Assembly: GCF_009914755.1 (NCBI RefSeq)
Contig: NC_060928.1
Strand: one strand, 5' to 3'
Source: the human T2T-CHM13v2.0 reference genome, Homo sapiens
DNA: 64,000 nt
Every line of letters starts with the position of its first letter. The first letter of the stretch is position 1. The notes under the pieces were generated by a model. The model had not been told where the DNA came from, did no database searches, and worked only from the letters and a program-made list of their open reading frames with translations. Shown piece by piece: positions 13,220 to 27,352 of this stretch. Made by a program: the position numbers and the translations under genes.

Positions 13220-13512
13220 TTTTTTTTTTTTTTTTGAGACAGAGTCTTGCTTTGTCACCAGGCTGGAGTGCAGGCGCAATCTCGGCTCACTGCAACCTCC
13301 ACCTCCTGGGTTCAAGCAATTCCCCTGCCTCAGCCCCCTGAGTAGCTGGGACTACAGGCATACGCCACCATGCCCAGCTAATTTTTTTGTATTTTAGTAG
13401 AGATGGAGTTCCACCATGTTGGCCAGGCTTGTCTCGATCTCCTGACCTCATGATCTGCCTGCCATGGCCCCCTAACGTGCTAGATTACAGGTGTGAGCCA
13501 CCACACCTGGCC
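13220..13512 (-). mobile_element. AluSc-like
   Basis: Poly-T, tgtcaccaggctgg (1-nt deletion), tcgatctcctgacctcatgatc. Confidence 0.9.
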
Positions 13513-14309
13513 TTTGAGGTCAATTTTTATAAATAGTCCAATCTGTGTATAGTTGTACAGTGAATATAATCATTTTTAATTAGCCACAGAATTTCTTAGA
13601 ACATGATTAGTTCAATGTCATTAATTATATGGGATTTCCCCATTGTTTATATTTAGTATCTATCTCATAAGTTTATTGGGAAGATTCAAGGACCTAACTC
13701 ATATATAGCTTGGGGGGTAGGGGAGGGAAGACTGGCACATAGAAACAGCTCAGTATAACTGGCTGTTTTTATTCAATCATACCAAAGTAAAAATCTCCTT
13801 TTACATTTCTGTTTCTGTCAGTTTCTTCTAATGTCTCTAATATTACTTACTCATATATTCAGATTTTGTACTACTCAACTTATGCTTACTGGTGTCACAA
13901 CTTTATAATTAAATATCTTTCATCACAATTTAAAGCTTTTTATTAATTCTTTTAATTTAATTCTAATTTATCTGACTCTAATATTGGCACCTTTACTTTC
14001 CTACATTTAAGCTTGAGTGAAAAAAAATCTTGTTTATTCTTTTTTAGGTTCTTTTTTCTCTGAATCATTTTGATCACATGTATTTCTCTAAACAAATATA
14101 ATTTTATTTTATTTTTAATCCATTCTGGAAATTAATACCCACTGGCAGGAAAGTTTGAGTCCGTGATGTTCATTAGGATTATTTTTATTTGTGCTCTCTG
14201 ATATCATTCTATGCTCTGCTGTTCTATACTTCCCGGATTGTATAGAGCACCCTTGACATAAGTAACTCCAGCTTAGAAAAATGCTTCATTTTAGATTTCA
14301 CAGGGCCCT

Positions 14310-14560
14310 TTGCCAACAAGGACAAAATGTTTTGCTTGATAAACAAATAAAAAATAATAATAAAGACTACATCCAACCAGATAAGGACATAAAACAGGCA
14401 CACTGTTCCTCTATGAGTCCTCACCTGAGGATTCTGTGACCATAAAGGGGCAGGGCTTCAGCAGCTCAGAGCAACTTTCTTCACTGAGACACTGTCTTGT
14501 TATCACTTGTGATTTTAAGCACCCAGTATCTGCCATGGAAGGCTCTGCCCACATCCAGGA
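14310..14560. mobile_element. LTR-like fragment, family uncertain
   Basis: Composition and motifs (ccagataagga, ccataaagggg) resemble an ERV LTR U3; termini not identified. Confidence 0.3.
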
Positions 14561-14582
14561 CAATTTATTTTCCTTTGGGTAT

Positions 14583-14984
14583 TACATGAGTCCATTTGCA
14601 TCACTATAAAGGAATACTCGAGGCTGAGTAATTTATGAAGAAAAAGAGGTTTCGTTTGGCTCATGGTCCTGCAGGCTGTACAGGAAGGAAGGTGTCAGCA
14701 TCTGCTTCTGGTGAGGGCTTCAGAAAGCTTGCAATCATGGTGGAAGGCGAGGGGGGAGCAAAAGAGGGAGTGAGAGACGGGGGAGGTGGCACACCCTTTT
14801 AAACAACCATATCTTGCATTAACTCAGAGGAATAACTCACTCATTGCTATGAGGAAGGCACCAAACCATTCATGAGGGATCTGCTCCCATAATCCAAATA
14901 CCTCCTACTAGGCCCCACTTATGACAATGGGGATTACATTTCAACATAAGATATGGAGGGGACAAATATCCAAAAACCATATCA
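14583..14984 (-). mobile_element. MSTB-type MaLR solo LTR inserted in L1
   Basis: ctgcaggctgtacaggaag...aaaccatatca; 5-bp TSD ggtat/gctat. Confidence 0.88.
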
Positions 14985-15540
14985 GCTATAAACTCAGCAA
15001 TGGAACTAGTGCGTTGAATGATAGTTCTCCTTTAAGTTCTTTGAGAAATCTCCAAACTGCTTTCCACAGTGGCTGAGCTAATTTGCATTTCCACCAACAG
15101 TGTATAAGCTTTCCCTTTTCTCTACAGCCTCGCCAGCATTTGTTGTTTTTTGACCTTACGGTAATGGCCATTCTGACTGGTATGAGATACTATCTATCTC
15201 ATTATGGTTTTAATTTGCATTTATCTAATGATTACTAATGTTGGGTATTTGTTTCTATGTTTGCTTGCCATGTGTATGTCTTCTTTGGGGAAGTGTCTGT
15301 TCATGTCCTTTGCCCACTTTTTAATGGGATTATTTGGTTTTTTTGCTTGTTAATTCGTGTAAGTTTCTTACAGATGCTGGATATCAGTCCTTTGTTCGAT
15401 GCATAGTTCGCAAATATTTTCTCCCATTCTATTGGTTGTTTGTTTACTCTGTTGATAGTTTCTCTTGCTCTACAGAAGTTCTTTAGTTTAATTAGTTCCC
15501 CCTTGTCCATTTTTGTTTTTGCTACAATTGCTTTTGAGGA
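14985..15540 (-). mobile_element. L1PB/L1MA ORF2 C-terminal region
   Basis: ORFs 14986..15171 (NNKCWRGC...HCWW) and 15301..15555 are L1 ORF2; sequence continues at 14563-14582 left of MSTB. Confidence 0.88.
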
Positions 15541-16339
15541 AAGAATAATAAACACTTACTATATTTTTCAGGAACTATGTACTCATTGGCTCCATCCCTG
15601 TTTCTCAGACTGAGAATTCTTGCAAGGGCTTGTCTTGTTTCTTCTGTCATCCATGAGGGGTGTGGTACCTGACACATAGCTAGTGTATAGTAATCGAGTT
15701 TTGAAGGAATGAATAAGTGAGTGAGTTTTATAGACTCCCAGAGCTAGTAGTGACTCCATTTGACTGAAAAGAAAATCAAAGCTCTGAGATGTGTAGAGGT
15801 TTGCCAGCAAATTATAGTTACTTAGTGGTAGGAACAAGTCAAGAGTTCAGGTCCCCTGCCATCCAACCCCACATAATCTGCTCAATCTTACCATATGTTT
15901 GAAATTTTAGAAGTGAAAGCTTTTACTTTTTTCTTCTACTTTTTGTAAGTAGTGCTAAATGATTAAGAAAAAGAGAGGGAAATATAATTTAAACTGCCTG
16001 TGATGAAAATAAATTAGTAGGAGGCATCCTGAAAGTCCAGTAACTAATATCCATCCACAGCAGCAGGCATATGTTTTTCCTGGCATACTTTCACTCTGAA
16101 GGTAAGCAAACACGTAAGTTGGTATTTCATTACTTTAAGCATTTTTATTAAGATGTTTTGTATATGTCAGTGGTGTAGGAAGAGAGAAAGATTAAAAAGA
16201 AATTTCTTGTTACAACATATTTTGAAACGTTCTGTATTTCTACAACATAGTTTATTTTTGGTTCTTTTTCTCAGCATGCAATCTTGACAATTTGGAGATA
16301 GAAAAATCTCTAACAGACAAGACCAATTTGACAAAAATT

Positions 16340-16600
16340 CTTCTGTACTTAGAGTATCTGACACAGGCTGCCTACATTTGAATACTAGAGCTTCACTTCC
16401 TTATAGCTCTGTAATGTTGGAAAGTAAAAAAGCATTTGGGATCCATATTTTCTCATCTGAAAATGTACTGTTAAATTAAAAAAAATCTCTACCACCTACT
16501 TCATCAGCGTGTCAAAATACTCAAAAATGTTACACAAGATAATATATGTAAATCATTTGGCACATTGCCTGACACATTTTAAATACTCTTATCATTTAGC
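16340..16600 (+). mobile_element. MIR
   Basis: ttttctcatctgaaaatg...atatatgtaaa..cacattgcctgacacat. Confidence 0.7.
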
Positions 16601-16649
16601 TATTGTTGGAACAAACTGCCTTAAGACTCAGTGTGTTAAAACAATAGAA

Positions 16650-17002
16650 ACCTAAAAAGTTCTGAGCTCATAGAAGTACAGAGTAAAATAATTGTTAACA
16701 AGGGTTGGGGTAGTTTGGATGAGGGGAGAGTTCAGGAGATGCTGATTAAAGAATACAAAATTACAGTTAGGTAGAAGGAATAAGTTCAAGAGATCTATTG
16801 TACAACATGGTAACTATAGTTAACAATATATTGTATTATTGAAGAATGTGAAGAATGAATGTAGAGTGTTCTCATCACAAAAATAATAACTATGTGAGAT
16901 AATGCATATGTTAATTAGCTAGATTTAGCTATTACATAATGTCTACATACTTCAAAACATTATGTTGTACATGGCAAATACGTACAATGTTACCTGCCAA
17001 TC
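16650..17002 (+). mobile_element. L1MA 3' end
   Basis: ggaataagttcaagagatctattgtacaacatgg...gcatatgttaattagct. Confidence 0.88.
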
Positions 17003-17025
17003 AAAGAAAAAGAAAGAAGGAAGGA

Positions 17026-17084
<59 letters not shown>
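17003..17084. repeat. (GAAA)n microsatellite from the L1MA tail
   Basis: Directly visible tetranucleotide run. Confidence 0.97.
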
Positions 17085-17498
17085 TTTTTTTTTTTTTCTT
17101 GTAAGTTTGTTTAAGTTATTTGTAGATTCCGGATATTAGTGCTTTGTCAGATGGATAGATTGCAAAAATTTTCTCCCATTCTGTAGGTTGCCTGTTCACT
17201 CTGATGATGTTTCTTTTGCTGTGCATAAGCTCTTTAGTTTAATTAGATTCCATCTGTCAATTTTGGCTTTTGTTGCCGTTGCTTTTGGTGTTTTACTCAT
17301 TAAGTCTTTGCCCATACCTATGTCCTGAATGGTATTGCCTAGGTTTTCTTCTAGAATTTTTATGGTTTAAGTCCTTCTTTAATCCATCTTGAGTTAATTT
17401 TTGTATCAGGTGTAAGGAAGGGATCGAGTTTCAGTTTTCTGCATATGGCTAGCCAGTTTTCCCAACACCATTTATTAAATAAGGAATCCTTTCCCCAT
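17085..17498 (-). mobile_element. Internal L1PA ORF2 fragment with no 3' end
   Basis: gatggatagattgcaaaaattttctcccattctgtaggttgcctg...aggaatcctttcccca. Confidence 0.9.
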
Positions 17499-17499
17499 G

Positions 17500-17885
17500 G
17501 CCAGACTCATGCATGCATCTGAAAGTTAGATTGCGGCCTTCTCTAGATTGGTATTGGCTGGGGCAACTTAACTAAGACAACTCTGCTCACATGTCATTCA
17601 TCCTCCTCCCAGTAATCGTGAGCCATCTCAGGCATGTTCTTTGCAAGGAAAGGGTAGAAGGACAAGAGCAAGCAAGCTTCATATGCAAACATTTTAAACA
17701 ATTTTGCTTGCTTGAATTTTGTAAACATCTTACTTGGCCAAAGTAAATCTCATGTCAAGACTAAGGGTAGAAATGTACTCCTCCAGTCCATTTTCCTTGG
17801 TATAAATACATTACAAAACTAAAGAGCAAAGAACATAGATATAGGGAAAGGTGATAGGTTGGGGCCAATAACACATTCTACAACA
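17500..17885 (-). mobile_element. Old MaLR LTR (MLT1H/I/J-like); first about 45 bp probably at 16605-16650
   Basis: caggcatgttct, ttggccaaagtaaatctcatg, ggggccaataacacattctac motifs. Confidence 0.6.
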
Positions 17886-18706
17886 AACACTCAATTGTAC
17901 AATACTAAGTAATATTAACTGTATCATTTACTTCCTAAATCTTTGTACATAAAATACCTTACATCTTCCCAAGCAATTGAATGGCACAGAGTACTAGTTC
18001 AAACTGTTTCTAATGTAAGTAAACTGAGTCTTGGTAAGCAGTAAAGTTTGTATATTTACAGACATCGCCCAGCAGCTTAGACAGCTATTCTATTCTGAAC
18101 CTGTCAGAAATGGGTACTACAACGACACATCCCATTATCTCATTTCCAGGTGTATTTCATTCACCTTATTGTCCTTTCAAATGTAACACTTGGAATCTGT
18201 TGATCCTATCTTGTAAACACTTATTCTCTTTTTCTAGTTTTCAGCTGCAGAATTACCAGTCATGGCTTTATATAGGTTCTGCTTCTCTGCAGAGATCTTC
18301 TCTTCATTTATTAAAGTTATTCTTTTCTTTAATTCTTTGAGCATACTTTTTACTTCTTTTTATCCACTTAGTAGAAAGAAGTTGATTTAATCAAAGACAC
18401 TAGCTCAACTGGCTCTTCACCTGAAGAAAATTCAAATTGGTTTCCAATTTATATCATACTCTAGAATTCAATTCTAAATGGATTAAAAAGTTAAGATTTA
18501 AAAAGAACAATAAAAATTATAATAAATAACTTGTGAAACTGAAAATACAATCCAGGATTTGAGAAAAACTTTCCTAATTAAAACGGAAACTCCAAAATCT
18601 ATAAAAAGAAAGTGACATGGTGGACTATGTAATATAGAGAAAGTATAGATTACAAATACATTTGACAGAAAATGTGTTATGATCTATATATATATAATGA
18701 TCTTAG

Positions 18707-18980
<274 letters not shown>

Positions 18981-19189
18981 AATGATATCTTGCAAGCTTG
19001 ACAGAATCATAAAGAAAAGATAACAAAACAAAAATCCCAAAATAAAAATTGACAAAAATATATTAGTAGGTACTATTAAATAGCAAATACTAATGACCAG
19101 AAATATATAAAAAGATGCTCAAATTTACTAATAGGAAAATGTGTTGCTACTATATAAGATACTACTATAGATCTCACTTTAATATTATG

Positions 19190-21813
19190 TTATGTTTTAT
19201 TTTCTTTTTTATTTTAGATTAAGGGAGTAGCCGTGCAGGTTTGTTACATGGATATACTTCATGATGCTGAGGTTTGGGATTCTAGTGATTCTGTTGCCCA
19301 ATTAGCAAACATAGTACCCAATAGGTATTTTCAATCCTTGTTCCCCTTCTTCACTCTTCCTTTTTGGAATTCTGAGAGTCTATTTTTCCACCTTTGTGTC
19401 CATCGTATACCCAATGTTTAGCTCTCACTTACGAGTGAGAACATGCAGTATTTGATTTTCTGTTCCTGCTTTAATTCATTTAGGATAATGGACTCCAAAT
19501 GCATCCATGTTGCTGCAAGGGACTTGACTTCTTTCTTTTTCATGGCTGTGTACTATTCTGTGGTGTATATCTTATCACATTTTCTTCATCCAGTCCACCA
19601 CTGATGAGCACCTGGGTCAAATCTATGTCTTTGTCATTATGAACAGTGCTGCAATAAACATACAAGTGCAAGTGTCTTTTTGGTGGAATGATTTATTTAT
19701 TTTCCTTTGAGTATAGTAACGGGATTGCTGAGACAAATGGTAATTCTAGTTTTAGTTATTTGAGAAATCTTCAAACTGCTTTCCACAGGGGCTAAACTAA
19801 TTTGCATTCTCACCAACAGTATATAAGCACTCCCTTTTCTCTACAAACTTGCCACCATGTTATTATTTTAACTTTTTAATTATAACCCTTCTGACTGGTG
19901 TGAGATGGTATGTCATTGTGGTTTTGATTTGCATCTCTGATGATTAGTGATGCTGAGCATTTCCTAGGTTTTCTTCTAGGATTTTTATCCTTGAGGTCTT
20001 ACATTTAAGTCTGATCCATCTTGGGTTAATTTTTATACAGAGTGAGAGATAGGGTCCAGTTTTCTTATTATCTGGAAGCCTTTGGAATCTGATCATGCAA
20101 TGAGCACAAAGGGGCTCTGTCCCTGATTAGTTTATAGAATTTGGGGATGGTTCTGTCTTTCCTGTTTCATTTTTCCACCCCCATCTGATAGAGACCACAC
20201 ATCTCATTGTAAAACATACTGTTGGCAAATCCCTCATACATGTTATATTATCACACAGCTCAATCCCTGCTCCCCATTTCCAACCACAGCCAATCAAACT
20301 GGTCTCCTGCTAACCAAGTTTCCATTCTTGGTAGAGAAGGGAAACAGGGGGAGAATGGAAGACCAGGGAACTTTTCCTGTCCCTAATGATCCATTTAGGC
20401 ACCTCATTTGCTCTGTACACTGCCATTATTATTATCTATAAGCCACTTATATGTCTTCTTTTGAGAAGTGTCTATTCATGACCTCTACCCACTTTTTAAT
20501 GGAGTTACTTGTTTTCTTTCTTGTGGATTTGTTTATGTTATTTATTGATTTTGGATACTAGTCCTTTATTAGATGCATAGTTTACAAATAATTTCTCCCA
20601 TTCTGTAGATTGTCTGCTTACTTTTACTCTGTTGATAGTTTCTTATGTTGTGCAAAAGCTCTTTAATTTAATTAGGTAGCAATTGTCAATTTTTGGTTTT
20701 GTTGCATTTGCTTTTCATGATTTTGTCATCAATTATTTGTCTAGGCCAAAGGCTAGAAGAGCATTTCCTAGGTTTTCTGCTAGGATTTCTATCCTTGAGG
20801 TCTTACATGTAAGTCTTTGATCCATCGTGAGTTAATTTTTGTACAGAGTGAGAGAAGATGGTCCAGTTTCATTTTTCTGCATATGGTTGGCCAGTTTCCC
20901 AGGGCCATTTATTGATAGGATATCTTTTCCTTATTGTTTATTTTTGTCAATCTTGTCAAAGATCTGTCAGTTTTAGGTGTGCAGCTTTATTTTAGGGGTC
21001 TCTATTCTATTCCATTGGCCTGTGTGTGTGTTTGTACCAGTACCATGCCATTTTGTTTACTGTAGCCTTGTAGTATAGTTTGAAGTTGGGTAATGTGATG
21101 CCTCCAGCTTTATTCTTTTTGCTTAGAGTTGCCTTAGCTACGAATGGGAAAAGTTGGAAGCATTCCTGCTAAGAACTAGAACAAGACAAGGATGTCCACT
21201 CTCACCAGCCCTATTCAACATAATACTGATAATCCTAGTCAGGGCAGTTAGGCAAGAGAAAAAAATAAAAAGCCTCTTAATAAGAAAAGAAGCAATTAAG
21301 TAAGAAAAGAAGAAATCAATTATCTCTCTTTACTAATGATATGATTCTATGCCAAAAGACCACAATGATTCTGCCGAAAGATTCCTATATCTGATAAACG
21401 ACTTCAGCAAAGTATCAGGATACAAAATCAACATGCAAAAATCACTACCATTTCCATATACCAATAAAGTTGAATCTAAGAACAAAATGAAGAACACAAT
21501 CTCATTGACAATAGCCATACACACAAAAATAAAATACCTAGGGATACAGCTAAACAGGGAGATAAAAGATCTCTACAAAGAGAATGACAAAACATTGCTG
21601 AAAGAAATCAGAGATGACACGAACAAATGGAAAAGCATTTCATGCTCCTGGGTTGGAAGAATCAATTCCATTAAAATGTCCACACAGCCCAAAGCAATCT
21701 ACAGATTCAATGCAATTCCTACCAAACTAACAATGCCATTTTTCACATAATTAAAAAAAAACTATTCTAAAACTCATAGAGAATCAAAAGAAAGCCTGAA
21801 CAGCCAAGGCAAT
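19190..21813 (-). mobile_element. L1PA15/16-PB-type element with 5' inversion (inverted piece 21141-21813 on +) and internal rearrangement
   Basis: 3'UTR at left, ORF2 antisense to 21140, then sense RT-region piece (ORF 21349..21750); the two pieces meet at the same ORF2 position (gccaaggcaat). Confidence 0.88.
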
Positions 21814-24726
21814 GCTTTTTTAAAATGTATTCCCAGTATATAGTTTGAAGATTTTTTTCTCTGCTAAATATAACATATAGACATGCCTAATATTGGTTTC
21901 TATTGACTGTGTCTTTTTTTCTGTGTATAGATCACACTGTGTATGAATCACACACTGTTTCTATGTTTTTGGTTTGGTTGTTTTTGTTTTTAAACTAGAC
22001 AGTTAAGATACTATCGTATAGCTATTTTGTATCCCCTCATATTGTTCTGATGATTATTATTTTTATGTTTTTGTTCTAGTAGGCATTTAACTTGCTTGAA
22101 CCCAGACTGCAATCATTATCTCTTCAATTGTATATAGCAGCTGAAATCACTACACACTCCTTCTAGCTTCAAGCTGCTGCTCTTTTAGCCTGGTTCTCTT
22201 GAGGTCCCCCCTTTACGTTTATAATTTACTAAATCATCAACAAAGATTTGGGTGGTGCTTCTACTCAGGTTTTTCAGTTTACCGTTTCTCAATTCCCTTG
22301 ATTTTTTAAAATTTCCCCACTACTTTTCAGCTTCTCTCATTCTTTTTTCAGTCTCTGTCTCCTGACCCCTCAAGCCAGTAAGCCTTCATATTTTCATGAT
22401 GAGAGCTACATATTTGGAAAATGCATTTATTTTAAAAAATTAGCAGACTCATAGCTTTCACACAGCATAGTTCTATCCTTTTCCATATTTAATTGCATTT
22501 TCATTGAGTCTCCTGAGTCTCCCACCAGTATGCAAGATCAGTCAAGAATTTCCACGTAGTGTATAGTCAGATTTTAGGTCCAATTCTCTTCCAAAACTAG
22601 ATTCGGTTTTTTGACATCTTAAGCTAGTAAGGCAGTTATTTTCTGCTGCCACGGTAATGAAGTGTGCCCTGTAGTAACAAAGGCACAAACTTGCAATTAT
22701 TACCATTTTCAGTTGGAATTTTTAAGGAATAAACTCTTTACTGGCTTCTGTTATTGGATATTTTCAAGTGCTTTTAAGTGATTGTTTTCTATACTGTGTC
22801 TAGGCTTTACACTACTCATCTGAGGCAGTAGCTTATGAGCACTTCACCTCACTGAGTACCAGAAATCCTCTGCCTGTGGGTATTGGAGAATGGTGACAAT
22901 GCCGGCAGGCTCCTCAGAGTGTTTTGTAGGATATAAAAGCCGACCTTGAAGAGAAGATGACAGGACCATATGCCAAATCTACCAATCATGGGAAGTGCTC
23001 AGAAGGTTGATAATAAGTACCATAGTGCAGTTAAATAGAAAAGACTCCTAAGAATATGACATTTTTAAAAGGTGGCCAGGAAATAATTCCTGGGAACACC
23101 TCTGGGAATCAGAGAGGACATGAACCCAACCTCCAAATTATAAGGACGAATGAACAACCTTAGTGGACTACAGATGAAATAGTGTCTTCATAATTGAATT
23201 CAATAAAATGCAGGAAATACAGAAAACATTCTAAGAAGAGAATTGAGAACATACTAGGCTTGCAAACCTTAGGAGCTGTTGAAGATAATGTAAGAAGAGT
23301 GCTTTTCCATGGATTCTTCCTTTTGAAACCACCCTATTCCCAGATTCTGTCATTTAATAGCTGTGTAAATATGAGCAAGTTATTAAACTTGCTAACACTC
23401 ATTTATGAACACACAGTAGAACCTCAATAGATATTAAGTGTTATGCACTGTTATATGCATTGAAGATTTCATAAGACAGAAGACAAGATGTTGGAGAGGA
23501 GAAATGAAGGCATGTGTGAATGGAAATGAATCACTGACTATTATAAGAATTCAGGGATTAGAAAGAGTCAATAATCTTCAGTTGTAAGGTTTGGGATAGT
23601 GCATCTCTAAATAGATGAGAAGTAATCTGGGTTTAATCCTGGCATATCTATGAAATTATATAAAAGTTGTGTAGAATTTTCAGACCTCATGGAACAGTGA
23701 AATCAAATGACTAGGAAATGGCCATAGTATCTCACCATCACTGCCTTTCCTCAACTTCTCCAAGAAAACAAGTTAACCAAGTACACCCCATCCATAGAGG
23801 TCACAGGGAGAAACATAATGATCAAAGTTTCCTCTTGGAATAGTTCTTCTAATTCCTCCACATTGAGTGAAAGAATATGGCCTGGAATACCTTGTTTGTG
23901 AGACTATCAGTTTAAAGGGAGTTGTCAGGACCAGTGGACCACCTGGAAAACAACGAAAATGACAAAGAATTGCACCTTAGTGAAGATTCTAACTAGATAC
24001 TTGAATTTAGGGAGAAGAAATAATGAGGTTCTCAATATTTTTATGCTGTTCATTCAAGATCTACAAAGAAAGAAGACTTCCAGAGATTCAGAATCTAAAA
24101 ATTAACCAACTAGGAGCTAGAAACCACGGTTTTATTATGAACTAATTAACTTTCTATATAAAATTAGAGTACTATTGAACACTAAGGATTCCTTGTAGGT
24201 TTAGCATGCTAGAACATAAAGAAAGTAGGACTGTAGACAGCAAAGGGAATGGTAGACTTTATATAGAGCCAGGTATCTTAGGCTTAAAATTGCCATTTAG
24301 TTGTTAAGAAGGCTTTGTAGCTAAAAGTGTGGATTCTAGAGCCAGATATTCTAAGTTTGAATTTCAGCTTTGCTATTAAATAACTATTTTAACATGTACA
24401 TATCATTTAAACACCTTACTCTGTTAAATTGAACTAAATTTGGGCTTCAGAAGCTTCTGTGTGAGTCATACCTAATAAACTATAACATAACTCAGTACAT
24501 AAAGAAACTGAAAACCTAACTTAGGAATTTGCTTTTGTAATAGCTGAGTCTCAGTCAATCACAGCAGCTGAGCAGCCAACTAGCTGTTTCTGTACCTCAT
24601 TGCCTTTTTTTGTCCATAAATGTTGTACAACCATGGGCAGCCCCAGAGTCATTCTGAACCTACTCTGGTTTCTGGAGACTGCCTGATTCCTGAATCGTTC
24701 TTTTCTCAATTAAAATATGTTAAATT

Positions 24727-25065
<339 letters not shown>

Positions 25066-25071
25066 TCAAAT

Positions 25072-25089
25072 TGGTGTCAGAAGTAGGAT
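25072..25089 (+). other. Retroviral primer-binding site, tRNA-Leu type
   Basis: tggtgtcagaagtaggat vs TGGTGTCAGAAGTGGGAT (1 mismatch), just after the 5' LTR. Confidence 0.8.
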
Positions 25090-26987
25090 CTAAGCTAGAT
25101 CTTCCACCAAGCCTTAGGATCAATCATTGAGTGAGCAAATAAAGTACCCACCAGGTCCACAGTGCCCATTGGTGTCTTGAAGCAACTGGGAATTATGAGT
25201 TAGCTCTCACTTGGATTCTGAAGTTCCATGGATTTGTGTTTTGATCTATCTAAGCTTATTTGAACAACTTTTTCATCTTGACTGGATTTGTAAGTCACAG
25301 CAGAAACTGGACTGGCTCAAGGATTGAAATGGATTCAGTGAATAACTGAACTTGGATCCAAAGTCCTCAAATATCTGACTGGGTCAGACAGAAACTGGCA
25401 GTAAATGGCAACTAATGCAGGGGGTGCAAACCCTGGCTTTCAGAATTTGACATGTACTTTGAGCTCTATTATTTTTTCTTGTACACTTATATAGGGAAAA
25501 AAAGCACTGGATAAGTTCATCAAGGGGATCTCAGAGCCAAAGCCAAGATTCTACAGAATTATAGAATCCTTAATTTCTGAAGAACCAAGTATTTCACCTT
25601 CTAACTATGCCTACCTTTACATGAATAAGTTCTTGCCCCTGGAAGCAGCAAATTCTTATAAGAGTGATGAAATAGTACTAAAAATATAATTTAAAATTAT
25701 CATGGTCAGAATGTAAAACATTCCAAATGAACAACACTACACTTTAAGAAGCGCATTTAAAAATGAGAATTCCTGAATTAGTCTCATTCTGAGATACCTA
25801 TTGATGTGTAGAAGGTTCTAAAACAATTTCAAAATGTTTATTGCCTCTTTTGAAAAACTCGACAAAAGGCAAATAAAAACCTTAGGTTACTAATTAATAA
25901 GAAATATAAAATCTGCTAGACTGTTGGCTTACTATGCCACACCAAAGACAAAAAAGTAAAGTAACCCATTGTATAAAATATTTATTAAAGATATGTTCTC
26001 AGGTAAAGTAGATTTGATTCTGTTTATCAGAGATATCCATGCTGAATCCAGGCATAATGGATGTTATATTTGCCCTATTTGTGAATGAGCTCTGCCTTTT
26101 CCTCAGTGATTTTAGATGAGGTAAAAAGTCTTCCTGGTGAACTAAATAAACTTTTCTGATGTATAGCTGGCTATTGTGAAACACTTTGGCAAAAACATAC
26201 ATCTATAAAGGAAACCTTCATTTGTAAGGATGTCTGCTTCTCTGTGTCACAGGCAATAGTCTGAGGACTAAGTCATTAGAAACACATACAATAGAAAATG
26301 CATTAGTTTAAATTTAGATAACAATTCTTATCTTTGATTAAGGTCCTTTTACTGGCCATCTTGTATTATTGGGAACTTTATCTATACTCTTATTTCTTGG
26401 CTTGGGCAAATGATGGTATTCAGACCTAAAGTCTCAACTTTGTGCCATTAAGATGTTAACTTTCTACCTTGTTTTACTTAAGCTATCAGTTAGAAAGTTC
26501 AAATTTAGGTTAAAAAATGTTTAGATGGCTATAAAAATGGGATAAGTGCAGCAAACAGCGATGAGATTAAAACAAAGATTAAATCTATCAAAGATCTTAT
26601 GGATCAAAGAGATCTCTACTGGTCCTCCAACATTACAGGGCCCCAAACCAATGCATTTTATTTACCCCAGTTCAGAAAAATGTTAAAAAGTATAAGGCAG
26701 AAATTACAATGAGCAAACTAGCTAACAATTGCTTAGAACTATAGTCACACAGATTAATCAAGAAAAGGGCAATAGTCCTTTGACTTAACTGCTTGTTGGA
26801 ATGAGATAAAATTTTATAGAAAAACATGTCACAGTTTCAAAATTATTTTTCAGTAATTTGAAGTCTTAACATCATGTTAGAATAAGTAACAGATAGATAC
26901 TCATTCAATGTCTGGGTCATTCCTAAGCAGTTTAAAATATTGAAACACTACTTGCTGAATGTAGGTTTAGAATATATCTATTTTGAC

Positions 26988-27352
26988 TGTCTTAGTCCAT
27001 TCTATATTGCTATCAAGGAATACCTGAGACTGGGTAATTTTTGTTAAAAGTTTATTTGGCTCATAATTCTGCTGACAAAGAAGGCAAAAGGGGAGTTGAC
27101 ATGTGCAGAGATAAAGTGGTGAGGGAGGAAGCAAGAGAAAGGGTTGGGAGGTGCCAGGCTCTTTGTATTATGACAACCAGCTCTCATAGGAATTACTAGA
27201 GTGAGACTCACTCACTGCCACAAGAACACCACCAAGCCATTCATGAGGAATCCACCCCCATAATACAAACACCTCCCATTAGGCCACACCTTCAACAGTG
27301 GGAATCAGATTTCAACATGAGGATTTAGGGGACAAACATTCAAACTGCAGCA
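26988..27352 (-). mobile_element. MSTB-type LTR nested in the ERV internal region
   Basis: tgtcttagtccatt...gggacaaacattcaaactgcagca. Confidence 0.88.

Noticed and set aside
21349-21750. 133-aa RT-like ORF
   Set aside because: L1 ORF2 fragment; the upstream catalytic FADD motif reads FTND and the frame is broken
25072-25089. tRNA-Leu gene fragment
   Set aside because: It is the 18-nt proviral PBS, not a tRNA gene
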